Positions 13,792 through 28,225 of a stretch of DNA of 64,000 nucleotides are shown here, one piece after another; position 1 is the first letter of the stretch; each line of letters opens with the position of its first letter. The notes under the pieces were generated by a model. It did no database searches and was not told the DNA's origin. It saw only the letters and a program-made list of their open reading frames with translations. The translations under genes were made by a program, and so were the position numbers. This DNA is from Intoshia linei (taxonomy: Eukaryota > Animalia > Orthonectida): NCBI GenBank assembly GCA_001642005.1, contig LWCA01000009.1:31278-95277 (forward strand), given 5' to 3'.

Positions 13792-15500
13792 TTACACTTC
13801 CATTTTTTTCATGCGGTGATTAAAAGATCTGTGTTCCTTTAACTTGACAATTTTTAATTTATTTCGTTCTTTTCTAAATTTTTAAATTACAACATTAAGT
13901 TTAAAAAACCGTTTTTCAATCAATTCTTCATCTTGGGGTGATTCTTCTACAATTTCGTCTAATTTAATACTATCCCATATAATTGTTCTTAATTTTTTGA
14001 GACAATCTGCTTGGTTCAATATAGCTGATCGAGCGATTTGTGATGTCACATGTAACTCGCCATTTTTGTTAATATAATTATCGGCCTAATATTAAGATTA
14101 ATAAAAATAAAAAAACATTAGGTATGTCTACAAATGCATACATTGAACTAGACTAATTTGTCTTCACCTAATTATTAGTTCAAAAAATAGATGAGAATTC
14201 AATATCAATTAAATATAAAATTCTTAATAAATTATGGGAATGCATTACACTACATTATACAATGTATAATATACATACAATACCCCAGTGGTCAATAAAC
14301 GTTTTTTCGGACCCCAAAAGAAACATGAAATATAAAAAATTAATAAAAAAAGTAAAGGTTTTTTATCATAAGATATGATATAATCGTGATTTCCATAAAA
14401 AATATTGGAAAAAGAGAATTTTTCACTGAGGGTTTGAAGTGGTATTTTTGTATTAAATTTTATTAATGTTGGGATAAAATTGGAATTTTTAAAATAATAC
14501 TGTAGCGGTCATATAGGCTTTGGGATAATTCACCACATCTGGCAACGCTGTAATAAATATTAAAAATTCTCCCATAAAAATAAAAAAAAGTTGATAAAAA
14601 TTTTTTTACATTTTATTTTCATTTGACGGACCCCAGGTATATAGTTTTCATACCACCAAGAGGTCCTGAAATACAAACCGTGAACCACTGGTTTAATCGA
14701 ATCAAAATCAGCAAATCTGGTTCGAAATTCCAAATCAACATTCAATAATATATTTATTTTTAATAATTTACCCGTTTTGCAGAATATATTATTAAATAGT
14801 TTCGCGGGGCCTGCTTTAAGCCACCCTGCTTACAATCATAGTCATTTTCATTTAAAATTAAAAAAAACAACTAAAAATATCTCTCGGCACTCATTTACTG
14901 ATCACTACTACATGTTATAACTAATAAAATTTGTCATCATTTTTAGAGAAATCCTTTATTTTAATTAACAAAATTGAAAACCACGATAAAAATAGCAATT
15001 TTTTCAAAATCAAACATTTTAGATTAATTCAATTTGAATTAAATTAAAGAATGTAAAAATAAACTGTAAAAAGACTTACATTTTGTAAACAAAATAATAT
15101 TCAAAGACCTGTCAAATACAGAATGGAATAATGTAAGTGAAATAATCAAATTTAAATTTAATCAATTTTAATTAAAAAGAAAATTACATGCTTCAAAATA
15201 GAACCTTTTGCACTATCATTTAGAAATGAAGCGTTATTAACGTTAAAACTGATACTGACTTTAGATTTTACTAAAAATAGATTAACCAAATAAAAAAGTA
15301 ATATTACCGGCATTAGCATTGGATCCTCCAGGAGAAGAAGACTTCATGTAACTGAATCTTAGTTGCTTCATATCCAATATGCCATTAAATTTAATATTAT
15401 CCTTATGATTAGACAATACATTTGATTGCTGTGTTGAAACATTAAATCTCTGGAAATTTACAAATTTGCAACATTTTAATTTTCTCAGTAAAATCGACAT
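13792..15500 (-). CDS. MRPL58: ICT1/MRPL58-like peptidyl-tRNA hydrolase family protein, mitochondrial
   Basis: Transit-peptide-like start, LRFSYMKSSSPGGSNANAVKSKV, INKNGELHVTSQIARSAILNQADCLKKLR, basic C-terminal tail; 4 exons with a ~1.1-kb second intron. Confidence 0.85.
14286..14500 (+). mobile_element. hAT/Charlie-type MITE; second copy inverted at 30120-30449
   Basis: Begins CAGTGGTC; internal blocks AACATGAAATATAAAAAATTAAT, AAAAATATTGGAAAAAGAG and CTGAGGGTTTGAA.TGGTATTTTT recur at 30120-30449 on the - strand. Confidence 0.6.
14625..14745 (-). mobile_element. hAT (Charlie/SPIN, GTF2IRD2-like) transposase fragment
   Basis: LEFRTRFADFDSIK resembles the EF..RF.DF motif of this transposase group. 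Confidence 0.4.
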
Positions 15501-15886
15501 CTCGTCTAAAAAATAAATAAAGTATAAACTATTAAACATGCACTTACTTTTATAAAACATGATCCAAAATTTTAGAAAACGTGGCTAATTAACAAAGTTT
15601 TTTAATAATTTTGAAATAATGTTATGTTTACACTATTTACTACTATTGTCTTAAACTACTCACTAACTATAAAATCTGGAGATTCTACGGCCAACGAAAC
15701 TTTTAAAATAGAAAAATATAGATATGTAAAAATGTTGTTTATTGTTAGTTTTAAACTAATTTCATATTTCAATGTAAATAAAAAATGTATAAAACGTTAA
15801 TGTGAAAACAAATAACCTAAGGTTATAATTGTGATAATTTTAAAATAAAATTAAAATTATATTAAATTATTGGCGGATATTTCTAA

Positions 15887-18800
15887 ATGATTAAAATGGA
15901 GTAGAAATTGTGAATTTTAATTTTATTAATATTTTAGAAAGGTAATTGAAAATTATGATGAGGTTGACGAAAAGTACAATTTTAAATTACTGGATAAATT
16001 TACTAACAAAATGGGTTGGCTCATGAATTTTAAAGAAGTAATAAAATATTAAATATTTTTTAATTGTTACAATATTTTTAAAGGTTACAATTATAAATGA
16101 TAATGACAGAAAATGTACAGCTGTAGCATTATATTTTTTACAAAGAAATGGAGGCCGATTTAAAGTGAATTACGTTTATCATCCTTATTTTTTTGTATTG
16201 CCAAAAAAAGGGTGTTTGAATGAATTGGTGTCATATTTAAATAACAAATATAATGAAAAATTGGTGAATGTACAAATTGTTGAGAAGGAGGATTTGGACA
16301 TGAAAAACCATTTAAGTGGTATTTTGAGAGAAACCATTAAATTAAGTTTTTACACAACTGATGAAATGTTTGAAGTACGCAAGGATATTGAAAAAAATTC
16401 AAAACCTAACAAAATGATTAAAATAAATTCAAACAAAGCAACATATTTCAATTTATTATCTTCTCATTTGGAAAAAACTGGAGATTCTGTGTCACGCACT
16501 TCAAGCACCCAACGATATTCGAATAAAGGAGAAAATATTGTTGAATTACGTGAATATGATGTTAATGTGACTATGAGAACAGTGGTAGATAACGGGTTCA
16601 ATGTGGGTCTCTGGTACAATATCAAAACAAGAAACACCTTTGATAACCCGATAATTACAAAACATGAAAAGGTTTTAGCACCTCCAAATATGGTAGTTTT
16701 GGCATATGATATTGAAACTACCAAATTACCTCTAAAATTTCCAGATTCAAAATTTGATCAAATTATGATGATTTCGTATATGATCAACGGTAAAGGGTAT
16801 TTGATTATTAATCGAGAAGTAGTATCTCAAGATATTGATAGTTTTACTTTTGAACCGAAACCAGAATTTTCAGCTTTATTTAATGTGTTTAATGAAGAAA
16901 ATGAAAAGGCTACCATTGTCCGTTTTTTGAATCACATAATGAAAATAAAACCTAACATTTTTGTAACATATAATGGTGATTTTTTTGATTGGCCGTTTGT
17001 TAGAGACAGAGCTATTTTTCATGACTTGAACATGGAAATTTCTATTGGATTCAAACACAACGTCAACTCTGATTTTTTCGAATGTCACGCCGCTTATCAC
17101 ATGGATTGTTTCAATTGGGTTAAAAGAGATAGTTATTTACCAATGGGTAGTCAAAATTTGAAAGCAGTTGCTAGAGCAAAGCTAAATTATAATCCTGAAG
17201 AGGTTAACCCAGAAGAGATGGTCCAGATGGCGATTGACGAACCTCAAACAATGGCTACGTATTCAGTTTCAGACGCTTTAGCTACTTATCATTTGTATAT
17301 GCAATATGTTCATCCATTTATTTTTGCATTATGCACTATAATCCCTATGAACGCAGATTTTGTACTTCGAAAGGGTAGTGGCACCCTGTGTGAAAGTTTA
17401 CTAATGATTGAAGCTTACAAGGCGAATGTTTTGTGTCCAAACAAATCACGAATATCTCAGAGAATGTTTAATGAAGAGGGAAAGTGGTTGACTACTCAAA
17501 CATACGTTGGCGGCCATGTGGAAGCAATTGAATCTGGAATTTTCAGAGCAAATATACCGTTTAGATTTAGATTAGACAAGTACGCAATAGACCAAATGAT
17601 TGATAAGGTTGACGATGTTTTAAAACACAAATTGGAAATTGAAGAGAAAGTTGATTTAGAGTGTGTTGAAAATTTTTCTGAAATCAAACAAGAAATAATC
17701 AATCAATTAAACCATTTAAGCAATAATCTTATTTTGAATGAATTCCCTACTATATACCATTTTGACGTTAGTGCCATGTACCCCAATATTATTCTAACAA
17801 ATAGATTACAACCGTATTCTATTGTGAACCAGGAAATTTGTGGAGCATGTGATTTTAACACTGCTAATGCCAAGTGTCAAAAACGAATGGATTGGACTTG
17901 GCGGGGCGAAATGTTTCCAGCCAATAAACATGAAATTGCTTCCATTGAAAAACAATTAGAAGGCGAATATTTCAATCAAAAGTATGTTACACCATCAGAA
18001 ACCATTACAGAAAGCAAAACTTTTTATCAATTGCCTATACAGGTAAGAATAGAAGAAACCAAAAAACGTTTAACCGAGTACTGTCGGAAGGCTTATAGAA
18101 AAGTGAAACTTAAAAGTGAAGGGAATCGTTCTGAAACTGTCTGCCAAAGAGAAAATTCATTTTATGTTGACACTGTGCGTGCTTTCAGAGATCGCAGATA
18201 TATATACAAAGGAGAAGTCAAAAAGTGGAAGCGTATGTTGAGCGAAGCAAAAGAAAACAATAACATTGCAAAAATCACGGAATTTTCGAGTATGGTTGTA
18301 TTGTACGATTCTTTACAATTAGCGCACAAATGTATTTTAAACTCCTTTTATGGTTATGTTATGCGCAAAGGTTCACGTTGGTACTCGATGGAAATGGCAG
18401 GAATAGTGTGTAAAACAGGCGCATCAATAATAAAATCGGCATGTGAAATTATTGAAAAAGTGGGCAGACCATTAGAACTTGATACAGATGGTATTTGGTG
18501 CATGCTTCCTAGTTCTTTCCCTCAACATTTTCTTTTAAAGTTGAATCACAAAAAATCTAAAATTGTAATCAATTTTATGGGATCAATTTTGAACGAAATG
18601 GTTCATAAAAAATTTTCTAATCATCAATACCATACAATGGAGGATGTAGAAACTAAAAAATATAATGTTGCATGTCAAAATTCAATATTTTTTGAAGTCG
18701 ACGGACCCTATTTAGCCATGATTTTACCTTCTTCTAAAGAAGAGGGCAAGAAATTAAAAAAGCGGTATGCTGTATATAATTTGGACAATAGTCTAGCAGA

Positions 18801-21800
18801 ATTGAAAGGTTTTGAAATTAAAAGACGAGGAGAATTAAAATTGATTAAAATGTTTCAAACAAATATATTTGAAAATTTTTTAAATGGAACTACCTTGAAA
18901 GAATGTTATGGCGCAGTCGCTGAATCTGCAAATTTTTGGCTTGATGTATTGTATAAGCAGGTTTGTTTATTTTTAAAAGATTACTCATAATTATAGGCAG
19001 AAAACATGTGCTTAGACGAATTGTTTGAATTATTAGCTGAAAGCCGGAATATGAGCAAATGTTTAAAAGAATATGGCTCTCTCAGATCCACTTCTGTTAC
19101 TACTGCAAGAAGATTAGTCGAGGTGAGTATTTAAGTATACATTTTATTAATATTTTAGCTACTCGGAGATACTGTAGGAAAAGAAAAAGGACTTTGTTGT
19201 AGATACATAATTTGTAATAAACCCGTGGGTGAACCTGTGAGTGAAAGAGCTATTCCTGTTGTAATTTTCCAATCTCAATCTAAAATTCGAGATTATTTTT
19301 TGAAAAAATGGATGAAAATTAATTTTATTGATGATAGTTGTGATATTAGGGATTATATTGACTGGAATTATTACATTGAACGCTTAAACAGTACAATTCA
19401 AAAAATTATTACGATTCCTGCCGCTTTACAAGGTGTCGAGAATCCGGTAGAGCGATGTCCTCATCCGGATTGGCTAAAAAAAAGAATTACAAAAAAAATA
19501 AAAACCAACCAACAAAATAGGATTACGGACATGTTTAGATTTAACAGAAAAGTTAAATCGCATATGAATGATTTTGAAAACGAACCTGAGCCAAGACACA
19601 TCAGTATCAATCAAGTTTTTTGTCATTGGAAAAATTTAATACTATTTTAGCAAACATCAATTTCAATAGTAAAAGATGATGAACAATTAAAGTATATAGA
19701 TCATTGGCGTCAGGTTTTAGGAAATCCTCCTGTTCAAACTGATTCATTTGTTTTGTGTTTAGTTTTAATACTTTATGAAATTTAGGATTCATTTGATGAA
19801 TGGTTACAATTCCATAAGAAAAAATGGGTTTTTTTGATACAACAAATGAAAATGATGAAAAACAATAAATATTTGACAAGGAAACCTGCAATGGTGGGAA
19901 TGGAAAAATATGTTTATAAAGCGAATTTAAACTTGACGAATAATATTTGGTCCATCATTCAGGTATATTTTATGAACTTTTCATTAGTTTATAGATATCT
20001 GCTTTAAATAAAAACAAATTTAACGTTTGGATTATGCTTGGTAGTTCAATTCAAAAAATAGTTCTTTACTGTCCAAATATATTTTATGTCAACTATAAAA
20101 ACGAACTGGATGAAGCAAAAATTGGGAAAAGTTTATATTTTATTTATTCTTTACTTATTTTTCAGATGTTTACAAAACAAAAAAATTTCTTCCTAGATCT
20201 GAAAAATGTACACATTTATATCAGTATTCTCTTGATTACAGAGAATTTAAAGATTTCATTGAGTCATTTAATCTAATTTTTGATTGTGATTTTGAATTTA
20301 GAAACATTGATATTTCTTTGGTTAAAGGAATATACGAGTCCAAAGTTTCGATTAATTTTAGAATTTTTTCAGTTCTAGGAAATCAATGGTTATTAGACAA
20401 TGCAAAGGATCACGATGAACTCATTTCGGTAATTAGTGTATGTATTTGATTTTTATTTATTTATAGAAAAAATTTAATTTTGACGAATTTTTAATTAATC
20501 CAACAATTTCTTCTAATGATTACCTTGAAATGTTTGATATATCCGGAAACGTCGAATTTGTTATGTATTATCACAAAAGGTATTTTTTTTGTTTATACTT
20601 TTTCTTCTTATCTCTGAAATATCGATAGCTAAGAATACCTAACATTAATTGTTATTGATTATTTAGTGTTCATCGAGAATTGGTTGTTTTATATGTTGTT
20701 TCATCGTTAAAATGCTTTGTTTACTTTGTTGAAGACATTGCTTCAAAATTAGTAGACCTAAATTTGAATCTTTCTGGTATGTATGATAAAATAAGGTATA
20801 TTTTGCAAAAATTCAAGTAGACTATTATTATTATTTAGAGTTAATACAACGGAATTCATATTTGATAAACTGTTCAATTTTACTACCAAAGCTTTCAGAT
20901 CAATTGAAAATGCGTTTATTGACTTAAAAAATATAATAGCTAAACCAGAAAATGGAAAAATAGCTATATTGTCTTTTAAAAATGGTAAATTTATCATGAA
21001 CTTTTAGTTTTCCAATTTTAACAGTTTTTTTTAACATTACACAATTAAAATGATTTAAAATTAACATTTAATTTGATTGTCTGTTTTATTTTAAAAGGAC
21101 GGATTAATCTAAGGATATAACCCGCCCGGTGATACCAAAAATTATATCAACGAAATCTCTTGATGACGATTCCGAATATCATTTAAAATTTTTACGTTTC
21201 AAATGTTATTTGTATAAAAATACATTGACCCTTTTATGATAATTTTATCAATGTGTTACTTTATAACTACTTTATTTATATAACATTTAAAAATTATCAT
21301 AATATATTCACAAATAAAATTGTTAGATTTGAATGAAAACACTGAAAGTGGTATTGAATCAATGTTTTCTGAAATTCCTTGCATCAAAATGAAACATAAA
21401 CATAAGTAATTTTTATAGGGATTTTACTTACATTGTTAACAACTTGTGTAAACTAGCACTAACATATTACTTAACCCTTTCACTGTCTGTGTATTCAATA
21501 TTATACACTACATAATTTTGAACGACTTTATTATTTTATTTTCATACATTTTCACATAGGTAATTTAAAAAGTATACAAGTTTAAATGAAAACATAATAT
21601 TAAAATGTTTATTATTTGTGCGATTAACTAAATAACATGATAATTGTGACGGAATTGAACTGAGAACGACAAAAATTGTATAATCTTGAATTTCCTTTTA
21701 AAATACGATTTTTAGTATAAATTTTTATAATATTAAAATGTTTATTATTTGTGCGAATAACAATTATAATTACCGCGTAATATCGTTCCAAGAGAAGCAC

Positions 21801-24800
21801 GATGCTTTCCTTTGTAGAAAAGATAAACAGACGAAGGCCTACATTGATTATACTAGCTCTTATTCGAGAGAACTAATAGGTCCATTAATGTATTTATAAA
21901 TAAACATGTCTTTTAATTTCATATCATTTCTCCATTATTATTATATTTCATCGTGTTGGATGAAACATCAATATATTTAATATTTTTCATTACTGTTAAA
22001 AGTACATTATTTCAACAATTTATATTCCAAATTTTAATAATGATATCGTGTGTGGTCAGTGGTCTCAAAAAAGTTAGAAATGATAAAAAATAGTCTTTCA
22101 AATTTATTATAATTTCTTGACCAATTTGTTAAAAATGTATTAATTTAATTGCACTATTCTGCCAGTTAAATTGATAAAAAGTGATATCATCATTACTGTT
22201 AAATTTGAGAAATATTATTTTCAATTTTAAACCTACTGCTAGCTTAAGTAAAATAACTTAGTTTAAATTATTTTGATTTTTATGCATTAATGTTAATTAA
22301 TAAAAAATTAGAAATAATTTATACGCTGTTTTATCCTGGAGAAAATTGGCTGTCGATGAAATGTTTCAATTTATGCTTGAATTACCACAAATTTATAGGG
22401 TCGTTTGATATATTTATAATTTATAATTATTTAGAATTTACTAGTGAAATCCAAATATTATGGAATTCCAATTGGAAATATTGGCCAAATTAGTTCACTT
22501 AATTTGTACTCAATAGATTTGTTTTACGCTCGATTTTTGACGAAAGCTAATCATCTTTGGTGGTTTTCTACATCTACACAGCCTGATTTAGGGACTATAT
22601 CAAATCATTCAACTCAAACGTATTCAATCATGTATTGCTTATTTTAAAATATGTATTAGTACCGAAACTGAGGAATCCTCATTTGTTTCATTTATTGATC
22701 CAAACTTGTGTACATCCATTACTGCAGATATTTCCATTTCCAATATTGCTATTTCTGCTGTTATTAATGTATGTTTTGATTTAAATATTTATTGTGTTAA
22801 ATGTAGCACGAAGATATTATAGAATATGAAGGAGGAAATATTAACAGTTATGACATGCTGGCTCAGCAATCTTTAATAGATGTAATTGCCGGTAAATCTA
22901 TTACTAGTTTAGAAAATTTCGATGAAAAAATGTTAGCTTTGTCGAGTTTAAGGTTTTATAATTTTATTTTATTATAAGGATAAAAGTATATTCTAGAATA
23001 CTGCGGTCTTTTTTGCAATACTTGTTGAATGAAATTAGCAAATTTAAAAATAAATTGGCTGACAAACAGTTGGTTCAGTTTTATAGGTACTTTAGTTTTT
23101 TGTTTAGTTTAATATTTCTTACAGGTGGCTGAGGTTGGGTACATCTCTATTTTACGATGAAGCTTTGAAGAATTTGGTAAACATGTATATGAAGAAAATG
23201 TGTTTTCAGGTTTCATTCTTTTTTATAAATATTAACCGTTTTACAATTTATATGTGTTATAGCTCATTTCTGAATTAAAAAGTTTGGGAGCAAAAATTGT
23301 TCACGCCACATTTAGTAGAATTATTATTGATACAAAACGCCAATCTTTCACAGATAGTATATCATATGCTAAGTATCTTATCGAGTGTATTCAAAAACAT
23401 CAATATTTCCAGATATTATGTTTTAATTGCGAAAATTACTACAAACTTTTATTGTGGAAGGATGAGGTTTTTACATTATTCCATTTTATTTACTGTTATA
23501 GAATAATTTTTGTGCTTTTCCTTTGCAGCTTGATCAACCCGATGATATTTCACAGGTTTGTGATATATAATTGTGATGCCATAAAATTAGAATTCAATCG
23601 AGAGTCATTGGAGCATAGCAAATTATCTACCTACCATATTTGATATTCATGCATCATTCGAGGTTTAGTTGTATTTTTGTTTATTGTGTGAATTGTCATT
23701 TATTACATTACCCACATCTTTTCAGTAATTTCAAATTATATCAATAGGAATGGTATTTACCACTACAGTCATAATAAATCGCGTTTTTGATTTAATATTC
23801 ATTAGGTTTTGTAAAATTACTGAAAAGGTTTTATTGATTAATTTTAATTTTCATAAATTTTTAGTCGTTCATTGTAGGCTATATGGTTTCTATAGCTGAT
23901 TTTTTAAATAATGAATCAAATGACATAGGATGTACCCCAATTTTAAAAAAACGTACAATTCAGGATGATTATGCAGACGATAATGTAATTATACTTTTAG
24001 ATTGAAATAATATGAATTTAGTCAAGTTCTGCTTGGTATGTAGAAAAATTTCCAAATTTAAATCAGTTTTGCTCTAATTTAATTAAAAATCAACTTTCAA
24101 ACGAATTATTTGAGTATTATTTATATGATTATAATTTAGAAATTTAAAGTAAAAAAACTAACTACTTCATCATCGTTTTGGATTATGTATTAAATATCGT
24201 GATCGTAAATCAAAAGATCGTATTTTATTTTGTTTTAGTTTAAATTACATAATTCATTAACTAGTTATAGTTACCTTAACTAGTTCATTTAATTTAGACT
24301 ATAGACTTAAGTTAAAACTGAAATATTAAGATACCATATTATACCTACAAACGATATTACAAAAATATTAGAAATATTCTATGATGTTGAAACCAGAGAA
24401 TATTTTTTTATACAATTCAATTTAGTATATTTAGTTTAGTTACGAAGTTTATTTTTACGATCTTTTGATAGTGCGTCATTAAATATTAATAAATTAATTA
24501 TTTTTGCTAATATTTAATATTTATCTATAATTTAAAATATTGAATCATGTTATTCAATTTAGATTTGTTACTAATCAATTTAATAATACCCCCAGAAACA
24601 AAACTTTATTATCCGAAAATACCAAATCCATATGGAACTTTTTGCCATACCAAAAATCTAGTTCAATTTATATGAAAAATATAATTTTGTATTTTATCAC
24701 AGCTATAATAGAGGTTATAATTATAATTATTTTTTTATCAATATTTAGATACTACAATTACATGAAATTGTTTCGAGAGATATTATTAAACTTAAATCAA

Positions 24801-25465
24801 ATTTGCTTAAAATTATTGGAGTATTGGAATATTCCGATATCTCAAATTATAATAATTTATCTTATAAATTTGTTCTTTCAGAAGTATAAACTTGCTTAAT
24901 ATTTTTCTATTTTTTTTAGTTAATTTGTAAACGCTGTAATTTTTCGAGAAGCATTGATATTTGTTCTGATTATACTATTGATTGGTTCAGTATTCCGTAA
25001 TATTATTATACTTTTATATTAAATTAATGAATGTAAATGATTTAGCATAGAAATAAAATGTACAAATTGCAATGATATTTACCCCAAAAACGAAATTGAA
25101 TATATATTGCTTCACGATATCGAAAAATCATTTAAATTAATTAAAGATCCTATAGAATCCTGCCCCCAATGCGTAATTATTTTATTTTTAAAAATAAATT
25201 ATTGTATTAGGATAGAATTGTATCATTCAATAATTTTTGTCAGTGTCGTCAGCAGTATGATGTAAGTTGTAAACGTTTCATTAAAAAATTGGAAATATTT
25301 GATAAAATTTCAAAGTAATTGTAAATTATTATTTATTGTAAATAAATTTATTTAATATTTAGGTTATTTCAATTTTCTGATTTAATACAGGTTACAGAAG
25401 GATTGTGTCAAATTAAATTGGTTTGCAAATTGATTAAAAAATTTGAAAAAGTTGAAAAATATTAA
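15887..25465 (+). CDS. POLE: DNA polymerase epsilon catalytic subunit A
   Basis: Exo [29 protein letters not shown]; Pol motifs [26 protein letters not shown]; C-terminal CysA (CKRC..CTNC) and CysB (CPQC..CQC); one ~2.88-kb exon (16084-18960) then many small exons; C-terminal exon boundaries not all resolved. Confidence 0.97.
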
Positions 25466-25497
25466 TATTACATGATATGTTTTAATTGTATAATACA

Positions 25498-26273
25498 TTA
25501 TAATTTATATATTTCTTTCTTTTTTAGGTTTTTGGTATCTGTTTTGACAATTACTTTTATACCTTCTTTAATTTGAATAGCGTGTATAATCATTTTTGTA
25601 CTGAAAAAAGGAAAACAAAGTAATGTCAGGAAAATTGCTAATCAATTATATAAATATTACATTTCATAATATACTTATTCCATTTGGAAAATGATAATTC
25701 AAATACACGCATATGTAAAACATTTCTCTACAAAACCAAACCATATAACTTGTCCACTATATTATTTAAATGATGTATTCTTTAAATTACCGTATCTGTA
25801 AAATAAAATTTTAAAATTGGATTTTTGATATCTGTTATTTTCTGATTTAGAGCCGCGCTAAATATTTATTACCGTATTTTACCAATTACCTGTGAAAATA
25901 TATCATATGTTCCGCTAAATCAATTATACTAACAATACAAATGTATGCAATGTATCTTTCATAATATATTGATATAATAAACATTATAGATATATCCGTG
26001 AATCTGTCTGTTAACATGTCCATCACTGCTCCGAATAGAGAACCTATTTTATAAAGTTTGACAATTTTTAAATTTAATTTATCATTGATTATACATTCGA
26101 GCTACCTTCCCATCAAATATATCCAAAATAATATTCAAAAAGTGAAACAAGGTCGCCACCATCGGGTTATTTAAATAGTTAAAGCATGAAATAAATAACA
26201 ACAATGAAACAAATAATTCTGCAATAACCCAACAAATTTGGCAGATAAATATATACGTTTTTTCAGAATTCAT
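25498..26273 (-). CDS. CDIPT: CDP-diacylglycerol--inositol 3-phosphatidyltransferase (PI synthase) with lesions in exon 1; possible pseudogene or assembly error
   Basis: CDP-alcohol phosphotransferase motif DIFDGKVAR..C..FGAVMDMLTDR, IDLAEH, NPILKFYF; conserved YLPNLLGYCR lies in a shifted frame and the first donor reads GA. Confidence 0.8.
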
Positions 26274-27479
26274 TTTAAAGTTAACGCACTTATTCAGTTC
26301 AATTTTACAGTAAATGTATATATGTTAATAAAATATATATGTACGTATTGGTATATAGGTTTAGTGAATAATCTTATCGTTACGCTATTACAAATGATGC
26401 TTATTCGTTTTAGAATGAATATGTAAGAATCCATTTTAAATACAGCCCACTTTATAGAAGGAATGGTCCATTATAAACCTTATGTTACATTTAATTACTA
26501 CTGTTTACCTTTTGCTCATTGAATGGTTAAAAAAATTCTTGTAAATTATTATTAAATTTTAAATGTTAATAAATTAATCCATTTAGGCAAAGAATAGTTA
26601 ATAATTTTAATTTTTTATAAATTTTCGTTCTTCATTTCAGGGTAGCCATTTTTCTTTGTTTACCCAGGGATTCCCAAACTGATTTGATTTGACCGCTACC
26701 TTTTTAACAAATTTTTTAGTAACGCCCCATTTAAAAAATTTTCGAGCACATCGTATAATATTTATTTAAAAATTTACTCAATAATTATTAATTAACAAAA
26801 ATTTTTTTTAATTCAATTGATTATGAGATATTTCCAAGTTAATATTAATGAAAATTATATATTTATTACTGTGTCACTGTTTATCTCAGTGGATCCCAAA
26901 CTGGCCATAATAAATATGACATAAATATCATTGACCCATAAAAAATTTTTTAATAAAAAAATCTAAATGACTACAATAAATATTACATTATATAACTGTT
27001 AAATTATAACATTTAATACATAAATTTCAAAGTGTACTAATCGATCTAAATCATAAATCTAAATCAATCGTACAAATCTCGAGATATTTAAATATTCTTA
27101 AATTTAAAATGTCATTAATCTTGTAAATACTTTGAAAAAATTAGAAGACAAATAATTGAAAAGATTTCTACGATAAAATGTAATGGTGGAAAATATCATG
27201 TGACGAGTTGACCAGTTTTAAAAATAAAAAATATTTGAATGTACATCTTTACAATCTAAAAATGATTTTAATCTCGGACTTATTCCTATATGTGGAAGTT
27301 GTAATGATACAAAATGTTAAATAAATCAAATTTTCATGAAAAACTATTGTTATAAAATGACCAATAATTGTAATATAAAATTTTAATAAATTACCGAATG
27401 AATAGAATGTGAAATGTCACCGCAATTAATGGTCTGTCGTAAAATGTAACTATGAACAACATAAGACAAATAATTCTTA

Positions 27480-27506
27480 TATACCCGATAATTGTTATCG
27501 GGTATA
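27480..27506. repeat. Perfect 12-bp-stem hairpin
   Basis: TATACCCGATAA-TTG-TTATCGGGTATA. Confidence 0.6.
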
Positions 27507-27714
27507 AAAAGATAAACATTTGATTTTATGACAAATAAAAAGAATAACTAAAGTGATTAAAAATTTGAATAGACCCAATTAAAAAAAATTTTGATTATAT
27601 GAAAAAACAAAATAATAATTCATCAAAGTGGTTTATAATATTGATATTGTCTATACATATAATGTAGTATATTAAATTAAGTTATTGAATGGAAACAATC
27701 AAAAAATTTAATAA

Positions 27715-28198
27715 TTAGATCATTGACATTTTCTGATTTCTAATTTCTAATTTCAAAACTTTGTTGAATATGGTGTAGTCTATAAGAGAAACTCTAGCAA
27801 TGTCTGTTATAAATTTGTTTTTTCCAGTATCCATAATCTAAAAGAGTATTAATATTGTATATCAATAAAATTACATCTTTTAAGCTTGGGTTTGTGCCAA
27901 TAATATCTGATTTTTTCGGTCGAATGTAAATACCCATCCTTTCTAACAATGCGTGCCGGCATATGATGTGATCAAGATTGTGTGAGTAAACGTTTGAATT
28001 TAATACCTGATGGATTTGTACATTCATAGCATTTTTCATATACAAGTATTTTATTTCTGTAGAATATTCGAATGAATCCGTTAGAATAATGGGAGATTTC
28101 AATATGATTCGTTTTAGTTTGATTTTTGAATATAATTCTTGTATTTTAGCTATATTCCATTGCAATTCTAAATCAAAGCGCGTTAAATGTATCAATAT
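27715..28198 (-). CDS. MTERF4: Mitochondrial transcription termination factor 4-like, 3' exons (28198-27875, 27837-27715); 5' exons unresolved
   Basis: EIKYLYMKNAM..IICRHALLERMGIYIRPKK..NPSLKDIMDT..KFITDIAR..DYTIFNKVL matches the MTERF4 C-terminus. Confidence 0.75.
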
Positions 28199-28225
28199 CT
28201 TAAAAATAAATTTAACAGATTAGTA

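Noticed and set aside
16464-17702. Antisense ORFs within POLE and similar short opposite-strand ORFs elsewhere (1169, 3502, 12858, 28662, 32774, 59028, 60344)
   Set aside because: Shadows of real coding exons with no independent motifs
26219-26228. 10-nt GT..AG 'intron' in CDIPT exon 1
   Set aside because: Far below the local minimum intron size, would delete the conserved GYxR motif, and does not fix the upstream frameshift
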